A stretch of DNA of 60,407 bases from Parcubacteria group bacterium ADurb.Bin115 (GTDB lineage Bacteria > Patescibacteriota > Patescibacteriia > Patescibacteriales > UBA12465): assembly GCA_002070735.1 (NCBI GenBank), contig MWDX01000003.1:1-60407 (forward strand), given 5' to 3'. This document shows positions 54,858 through 60,407 of this stretch, in pieces. The position numbers and the translations under genes are program-made. The notes beneath the pieces are model-generated. The model was not told the origin of the DNA. It saw only the letters and a program-made list of their open reading frames with translations, and did no database searches. Numbering within the stretch: the stretch's first letter is position 1; the number at the start of each line of letters is the position of its first letter.

Positions 54858-55799
54858 TTATCGTATTTTTTCTGCCGCCCTCAATTTGGCACTCCGCGCC
54901 CTGGGATTAAAATTAATTTCCTCGGCACTGGGCAATAACGGTTTCTTTAATAAAGAGAGAAAAGAAGCTTTGTGTCCGCAAACACAAACGGGAGCGCGCG
55001 GCGGACAAAGACAATCAGTACTTTCCTCTTTTAACCATTGTTTCACTATCCTGTCTTCACCGCTATGGAAAGAAACCACCGCCAAATGTCCCCCCTTTTT
55101 TAACACCGTCGGCACCGCCGTTAAAGCTGAACGCAAACTGCCAAATTCATCATTGGTCGCTAAGCGCAAAGCTTGGAAAACGCGTGTAGCCGGATGAATC
55201 TTGCCGGAGCGCAATCTCGGCGGAGTAACCTTTAAAATAATATCGACCAAAGGCTTAGTACTGGTAAAAGATTTATTTTGACGAGCAATTACTATTTCTT
55301 TAGCTAAACGATATGCCTGCGGTTCTTCCCCTAATTCTCTAAAAATACGAGTTAACTCCGATAAGGACGCGCGGTTGAGTAAAGCCGCAGTTTCAATATC
55401 GGCGCCAGCGCCAAAAGCCATGTCAAGAGGACGGTCTCCCTGGAAAGAAAAGCCGCGATTCTCATCATCTAGCTGGGCGGAAGATAAGCCAAGATCAAAG
55501 ACGATGCCGTCGGCAGAAGACTTGAGATAAGCATTACTGATAGCGGCTAAATTTTTAAAATTATCATGAACTAAAACGATGTTTTCTATCTTTTTTTCTT
55601 TAATGATACGTTCGGCGTTAGCGATAGCTAAAGGATCAGCATCAATAGCCAACACCTTACCCTTTTTGCCAACGGCGGCGGCCAAGGCTAAAGTATAGCC
55701 AGCACCACCCAAAGTACAATCGATGTAAATCTGCCCGGGACGAGGCGATAAAACAGACAGAACCTCTGACAGCATTACAGGCTGGTGACGATACGTCAT
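54858..55799 (-). CDS. rsmH: 16S rRNA (cytosine1402-N4)-methyltransferase
   Basis: It carries HQPVML.EV, DCTLGGAGY and SFHSGEDRIVK. Confidence 0.95.
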   Translation of the reverse strand: MTYRHQPVMLSEVLSVLSPRPGQIYIDCTLGGAGYTLALAAAVGKKGKVLAIDADPLAIANAERIIKEKKIENIVLVHDNFKNLAAISNAYLKSSADGIVFDLGLSSAQLDDENRGFSFQGDRPLDMAFGAGADIETAALLNRASLSELTRIFRELGEEPQAYRLAKEIVIARQNKSFTSTKPLVDIILKVTPPRLRSGKIHPATRVFQALRLATNDEFGSLRSALTAVPTVLKKGGHLAVVSFHSGEDRIVKQWLKEESTDCLCPPRAPVCVCGHKASFLSLLKKPLLPSAEEINFNPRARSAKLRAAEKIR

Positions 55800-55800
55800 A

Positions 55801-56232
55801 CTAAATACCTAAATCTCCTAATTCTTCAGCAATACTATTACTATTCTGTTCAGCTGTCTGCTTGTAGCGACGCCAAGCGGTCTCATCCCAAATTTCCAAA
55901 TGATTATATAAGCCGGCGATAATAACGCCTTTTTTTAAAGCAGAAAATTTACGCAAATACTCTGGCAAAGTAATGCGTCCTTGGTTATCAAAATCAACCT
56001 CCATGGCACCGGCTAACATATGACGAGAAAAGGCCCTAGCCTTAGCTTGGCTAATGGGCAATGAAGCGAACTTCTGGGCAATTTTTTCAAACTGCTCCTT
56101 TGAATACAAAAATAAGCAGTTATCCAAACCCTTGGTAACGACTGCTCCCTTTTTTAAGATGGCACGAAACTTAGCGGGAATAGCTAAGCGCCCCTTATCA
56201 TCCAAGTTATGATTGTATTCGCCGATAAACAT
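55801..56232 (-). CDS. mraZ: transcriptional regulator MraZ
   Basis: It has two DxxxR motifs (LDDKGRLAIP and FDNQGRITLP) and is the first gene of the dcw cluster. Confidence 0.95.
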   Translation of the reverse strand: MFIGEYNHNLDDKGRLAIPAKFRAILKKGAVVTKGLDNCLFLYSKEQFEKIAQKFASLPISQAKARAFSRHMLAGAMEVDFDNQGRITLPEYLRKFSALKKGVIIAGLYNHLEIWDETAWRRYKQTAEQNSNSIAEELGDLGI

Positions 56233-56265
56233 AGGACGTGGCGGTGGATAAAGTGTCTATAAAGG

Positions 56266-56293
56266 TTTTCACCTCTCTTCCCCACTTTTCACC
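56266..56293 (-). promoter_or_regulatory. direct repeats in the mraZ leader (GGTGAAAA x2, 20 nt apart, with GTGGGG between): candidate MraZ operator
   Basis: On the minus strand the sequence reads GGTGAAAAGTGGGGAAGAGAGGTGAAAA, immediately downstream of the predicted -10. Confidence 0.35.
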
Positions 56294-56304
56294 TTAATGA
56301 TTTA

Positions 56305-56333
56305 ATTATACACCACTAACCCCCTAAGGTCAA
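56305..56333 (-). promoter_or_regulatory. sigma-70-type promoter for the mraZ operon
   Basis: The minus strand reads TTGACC, a 17-nt spacer, then TATAAT. Confidence 0.6.
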
Positions 56334-56360
56334 CCCCCAAAAACCACAAAAATAAAGGGA

Positions 56361-56396
56361 AAAATAAAAAAAAGACGGCTTTTTCCACAAGCCGCT
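56361..56396 (-). terminator. rho-independent terminator after tsaB
   Basis: On the minus strand, CGGCTT, loop, AAGCCG is followed by TCTTTTTTTTATTTTT. Confidence 0.5.
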
Positions 56397-56426
56397 TTAC
56401 AAGCTGCCAAAAAAATAAAAAAGTTA

Positions 56427-56801
56427 TCAACAGGCTAACATCACTTTCTTACCGATATTAGGCTCACTCTGATATTTAGGTCTTACCGCCTGCCCACCGA
56501 CAAACTTAAAAGATTTACCGCCATTAAGAGGAGTAACCGGTATTCCCAAAGCGTAAGCTAAAGCATTAGCGGTTAAAACGCCAATACGCAAAGAAGTAAA
56601 GCTACCGCCTTCATTTTGAACGCGAATCTCTTTAATCGACCGCCAAGAGAGATGATGTTTAAATAAAAGTTTTTCAATTAAGGGTAAAAGTTTTTCTGAC
56701 TGCTGTCTTGGCGCTTTAATTTTAGAGTTAATTGTTTTGTTTCCCGTTAATAAAGAAACCGCAATCTCGTCGCCTAAACTAGTATTAATCGTTAAGACCA
56801 T
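56427..56801 (-). CDS. tsaB: TsaB (YeaZ)-like protein, N-terminal half only
   Basis: It carries LTINTS...GGGSFTSLRIGVLTANALAYALGIPV, the N-terminal ASKHA lobe of TsaB. It has 124 aa, whereas the usual length is about 220-230. Confidence 0.75.
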   Translation of the reverse strand: MVLTINTSLGDEIAVSLLTGNKTINSKIKAPRQQSEKLLPLIEKLLFKHHLSWRSIKEIRVQNEGGSFTSLRIGVLTANALAYALGIPVTPLNGGKSFKFVGGQAVRPKYQSEPNIGKKVMLAC

Positions 56802-57765
56802 AATCTTTTAAAATATTTTCTAAATTTGTTAAAGTAGAAACTTGCACCAAGCGGCGACGCCAATGGCTAGCGCCGGCTAATCCTTGAATATACCAACAGG
56901 CTTGCTTGCGCCATTCAACTAAGGCCGATTCTCCTCTTCGCTCAACTAAACTGAGGGCATGACGATAAAGCAGGCGACTAATAGCACTGCGATCATATAT
57001 AATTTCTCTGCCTTCTTTTATTTCTTGAAATAACCAAGGACGGGCGAGAGCGCCTCGAGCCAAAGCCAGACCATCCGCCCCGCTGAGAGTCAGGGCCTCT
57101 TGCGCGGTTTTTAAATCGACCACTCCCCCGTTAATTAAAATAGTTCCTTGAAAATAAGGACGAATCGCCGCCACTAAACTAAAATCGACTGCCCCCATAA
57201 ATCCTTGATTTAAGCTACGACCATGAATCATTAGGGCTGAAACCGGCAAATCGCTTATATTCTTCATAAACTCAAGTGCAGAAACATCTCCTGACTTAGC
57301 TCTTATTTTGATTGATACCGGTGATTTAGAATTATCCAAAACCGCCTCAATCACCGCCCTGGCTTGCTTTAAATTTCTCATCAAATCCGCCCCTGCTCCC
57401 TGTTTTAAAACCTTGCCTACCGGACAGCCAAAATTAATGTCTAGACCGTGAGGCTTTATTTTTTCATTGACTAAACGCGCCGCCAGGGCGAAATGTTCTG
57501 GATTTGAACCGAAAAGCTGAACAACATAATGACTTTCTTTCTCCCTATCCCAACGCAATAAACGCAAAGTTTCATTATCATCATTTTCCTGATTATAAAA
57601 CAAAGCGGTGGCAGACGCCATTTCGCTATACACCACATCCGCCCCGTAGGCCGAACATATCTGCCGAAAAGTGCTGTCCGTAAAACCGGCCATTGGCGCC
57701 AAAACCAAAATCGGCTGACTCTGGTTTTTTAAATCCTGCCAAAAATTTTTTTCCTTCTTCTTCAT
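56785..57765 (-). CDS. tRNA-dihydrouridine synthase
   Basis: It carries LAPMAGFTDSTFRQI, the catalytic Cys region (DINFGCP) and a TIM-barrel FMN fold length. Confidence 0.9.
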   Translation of the reverse strand: MKKKEKNFWQDLKNQSQPILVLAPMAGFTDSTFRQICSAYGADVVYSEMASATALFYNQENDDNETLRLLRWDREKESHYVVQLFGSNPEHFALAARLVNEKIKPHGLDINFGCPVGKVLKQGAGADLMRNLKQARAVIEAVLDNSKSPVSIKIRAKSGDVSALEFMKNISDLPVSALMIHGRSLNQGFMGAVDFSLVAAIRPYFQGTILINGGVVDLKTAQEALTLSGADGLALARGALARPWLFQEIKEGREIIYDRSAISRLLYRHALSLVERRGESALVEWRKQACWYIQGLAGASHWRRRLVQVSTLTNLENILKDYGLND

Positions 57766-59150
57766 TTGGCTTTTAAAGATTGTCCCTCTGGGCCGTCTTC
57801 GACTAAATAGCCGGCATCATAAATCGCTTGACGTAAAACATCAGACTTTGACCAATCTTTATTGGTTCTCGCTTGCTGACGTTCGGATAACAGGGCGGCA
57901 ATATTTTCTGGGATATCTGTAATTTTTTCCGCCAAGGGACGGAATAAATCAAGACCAAGAACCTTATCAAAATCTTGAGCAGTCGCCCTCTTATCATCAG
58001 CTGGTAAATCAGACTTTAACAGCTTAAATAGGGTGGCGAGAGCTTGAGGCATATTCAAGTCATCATTAATAGCTTGATGAAATTCCCAGCGAACAGCTTC
58101 ATTAACCTTACCGAAACTATCACCAAGTAAAGCAAGCTGACGACGTAAAGACTGCCAGCCTTGCTCCGCTTGGCGTAAATTATCTTCACTATATTCCATT
58201 GGCTTGCGGTAATGCACCTGGAGAGCGGCAAAACGATAGGCTAGAGGACTAATGCCTTTTTGTAATAAAGCCTTATCTAACGTTAAAAAATTATCTTCAC
58301 TCTTCGCCATTTTTTTACCCCCGTAAATATTAAGGAAAGCACCATGAAGCCAATAATTAAAAAACTTTTCACCGGTCGCCGCCTCACTTTGAGCAATTTC
58401 ATTGGTATGATGAACATTAATATGGTCAACGCCGCCACAATGGATATCCAGCTGCTTACCTAAATATTTAAGGCTCATCGCCGAACATTCTAAGTGCCAA
58501 CCAGGAAAACCTATGCCCCAAGGAGAATCCCACTCCATCTGGCGCTTTGTATTGGATGGAGAAAATTTCCAGACTGCAAAATCAGTCGGATTTTTCTTGT
58601 TGGGATTTTTTTCGATTCTCGCGCCTTCTTTTAATTCCTCTAAGGGTAAGTGGCTTAAACAATTATACTTGGGAAATTTGGAGGTATCAAAATAAAGACC
58701 GTCCGTAGTGCGATAAATAAAACCCTTTTCTTCCAAAGTCTTAATTAAAGCAATCTGCTCGGCAATATTATCGGTAGCCTTACACCAAATATCCGGAGCC
58801 ACAATATTTAAAGCCTGTAAGTCTTCGCGAAAAGAATCGGTATAATAAGCAGCGATTTCCCAGGCAGTCCGACCTTCCCTAGCCGCCCCTTGCTCCATCT
58901 TATCCTCGCCCATGTCCATGTCCCCAGTTAAATGACCGACATCGGTAATATTCATCACCCGCTTTACCTGATAACCGTTATAGGCAAAGGTGCGGACCAA
59001 AAAATCTTCAAATAAATAGGTGCGTAAATTACCGAGATGGGCAAAATTATAGACAGTCGGACCGCATGTATAAATTCCCACCTTGCCGGGAATTATCGGC
59101 TCGAACTTCTCCTTGACGTTATGTAAAGTATTGTAAAGATATAAATCCAT
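57762..59150 (-). CDS. cysS: cysteinyl-tRNA synthetase
   Basis: It carries YTCGPTVYNFAHLGNLR (HIGH), WHLEC and KMAKSEDN (KMSKS). The start is set at MDLYLYNT, downstream of the neighbouring stop. Confidence 0.94.
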   Translation of the reverse strand: MDLYLYNTLHNVKEKFEPIIPGKVGIYTCGPTVYNFAHLGNLRTYLFEDFLVRTFAYNGYQVKRVMNITDVGHLTGDMDMGEDKMEQGAAREGRTAWEIAAYYTDSFREDLQALNIVAPDIWCKATDNIAEQIALIKTLEEKGFIYRTTDGLYFDTSKFPKYNCLSHLPLEELKEGARIEKNPNKKNPTDFAVWKFSPSNTKRQMEWDSPWGIGFPGWHLECSAMSLKYLGKQLDIHCGGVDHINVHHTNEIAQSEAATGEKFFNYWLHGAFLNIYGGKKMAKSEDNFLTLDKALLQKGISPLAYRFAALQVHYRKPMEYSEDNLRQAEQGWQSLRRQLALLGDSFGKVNEAVRWEFHQAINDDLNMPQALATLFKLLKSDLPADDKRATAQDFDKVLGLDLFRPLAEKITDIPENIAALLSERQQARTNKDWSKSDVLRQAIYDAGYLVEDGPEGQSLKAK

Positions 59151-59155
59151 AAAAA

Positions 59156-59974
59156 TTAAAGCCATTTTTCTAAAGATTTAAAAAAATCTTCAAGTTTTAT
59201 TTTTAAATCTTGATTCAAATCAAGATGAGAATAGCTAGCTAATTGCTCAGATAAAGAAGAATGAAGACGTTTTAGCAAATCGCGCTCATAGACAGAAACT
59301 TCATTTTCCTGTAGGTTTTCGGCAAGAATTTCTAATTCTTTCGGGCTTAAAGACAAATAGAAAGCGGGGATATTCTTGAGACTGTCCAATACTAATTTTT
59401 TTCCCTCTACCCGAGCCCCATATTTTACTTTGGCGCCGCCGCGCATCATTTTTTGCCTAATCTTTTCTTCTTTCTTACTCGGACCAACATTATCTTGACG
59501 ATCGATAACTTCGTCGATACCACAAATAACCGCTCCGCTCTCGCGGTCGATTATTAATTGATCAACGCCATTATTATAATCATCATAAACGGAAGAACGC
59601 ACCACGATAAAATTATCAGGCAAAACTCTCTGCAACATTAAGGTTAAAGCCGCTTCAGTCAATGATGCCGGACTTTTCTCTTTATCTTGGCGCCATTGCT
59701 CTACACTTTTGCCACTTTCCTGCGCCCAGGTTTGCTCTTGAATATCTATTAATAATTGGTCCGATTCTTTATCTGGTTGTGTTTCGGGTATACGCAAACG
59801 CGCTTTTTCATCCAGCCAATCTTGACCATAAATTTTATTGTAATAGTCAGCTTTAATCGCTAACTGTTCATTCAAGAAAGATGATAATTTTTCCAGATTA
59901 AACTGGTTTTTTTTCTCTTGTTCTAATTTAATCTTGCTGCCCACATTAATATTGGGCAAATATTCAATCGGCAT
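59156..59974 (-). CDS. hypothetical protein
   Basis: This is a 272-aa soluble, charged protein, tightly packed between neighbours. No motif recognised. Confidence 0.55.
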   Translation of the reverse strand: MPIEYLPNINVGSKIKLEQEKKNQFNLEKLSSFLNEQLAIKADYYNKIYGQDWLDEKARLRIPETQPDKESDQLLIDIQEQTWAQESGKSVEQWRQDKEKSPASLTEAALTLMLQRVLPDNFIVVRSSVYDDYNNGVDQLIIDRESGAVICGIDEVIDRQDNVGPSKKEEKIRQKMMRGGAKVKYGARVEGKKLVLDSLKNIPAFYLSLSPKELEILAENLQENEVSVYERDLLKRLHSSLSEQLASYSHLDLNQDLKIKLEDFFKSLEKWL

Positions 59975-59978
59975 ATAA

Positions 59979-60407
59979 TTATGGCTCCAGCCTTACCGGA
60001 TAAGAGACTTGTATCTTCTGCTCCGGCAAACCGGAAGGATTATCTTTCCTAAATAATAGTTCCCCCGCAATCGGCTCTAAAATTGAAAAATTCAATTCTG
60101 CCTGAAAATCAACCCAACCCCCTCCTTCCTCTACGTCTTCCCGGGTTTGAGCCAGACTGCCAGCGATAACCTTGCCTTGGGCATCAACTAAAACAACAGA
60201 TAAATAGCCATTAACAAAAAAATCGCCCTTGGCTCTGCCTATAATTAAATAGGGGGAGCGCATTACCCCTCCCGGTTGAGGGGAAATCAATTCTATCATC
60301 TTTTCTGGTTTTATTTCTAGGGATGATGATACTTCATCTGATTGCACACTTTCTTCCGGCAAAACAACCGCGGACGCTGGGGATGAGCCTTCCTTTTTAA
60401 AAAAAGA
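59979..60407 (-). CDS. hypothetical protein with Gmad2-like Ig-fold C-terminus; 5' end lies outside the window
   Basis: The frame stays open upstream of the listed TTG to the window edge. The segment SPYLIIGRAKGDFFVNGYLSVVLVD.QGKVIA resembles Gmad2-type domains. Confidence 0.5.
   Translation of the reverse strand, partial: SFFKKEGSSPASAVVLPEESVQSDEVSSSLEIKPEKMIELISPQPGGVMRSPYLIIGRAKGDFFVNGYLSVVLVDAQGKVIAGSLAQTREDVEEGGGWVDFQAELNFSILEPIAGELLFRKDNPSGLPEQKIQVSYPVRLEP

Noticed and set aside
56243-56252. The DnaA-box-like sequence GTGGATAAA in the mraZ leader (and TTATCCACT at about 35528) might hint at an origin of replication.
   Set aside because: These are single, imperfect boxes, one of them inside a coding region. 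There is no cluster, no adjacent AT-rich unwinding element and no dnaA or dnaN nearby.
1-60407. The genome might use an alternative genetic code (UGA or UAG reassignment, as in some ultrasmall bacteria).
   Set aside because: All recognised housekeeping genes are full length and uninterrupted under the standard bacterial code, and their stops coincide with family-typical C-termini.

Overview
The window is a gene-dense stretch (about 92% coding, roughly 40% GC) of a streamlined bacterial chromosome. Almost all genes are on the minus strand, apart from a plus-strand secE-nusG-rplK-rplA-RRM block at 21.5-24.1 kb. Most content is housekeeping. It includes translation genes (serS, metG, cysS, tsf, rpsB, rpmA, rplK, rplA, cca, tgt, dus, rsmH, rsmI, rlmN, tsaB, tsaC), dnaX and pyrG. 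It also includes lower glycolysis (gap, eno, pyk) and a partial dcw cluster (mraZ-rsmH-ftsL-ftsI-murF, with ftsQ and alr 50 kb away). The reduced domain architectures, the many membrane-anchored proteins of unknown function and the absence of respiratory genes suggest a Patescibacteria/CPR-type organism; this is inference only. I found no rRNA, tRNA or CRISPR array. The one clear mobile element is a 1,085-bp IS (28-bp perfect inverted repeats, 6-bp target duplication, single Zn-ribbon/DDE transposase). It sits exactly on the start codon of an unlisted 56-aa ferredoxin gene that heads an operon with a 158-aa protein and an 845-aa VirD4/TraG-like P-loop ATPase. The first ~400 residues of that ATPase are paralogous to a standalone 479-aa membrane protein. 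That paralog is translationally coupled to a GT4 glycosyltransferase, a DUF4012-like protein and a large repeat-domain surface protein. Together these two loci are my best candidate for an uncharacterised envelope or transport system. Other points of interest are a ~103-nt extended hairpin in the leader of an RRM RNA-binding-protein gene that occupies the usual rplJL position, a possible L1 operator, G-rich repeats in the mraZ promoter, and several truncated enzymes (pyk, tsaB).
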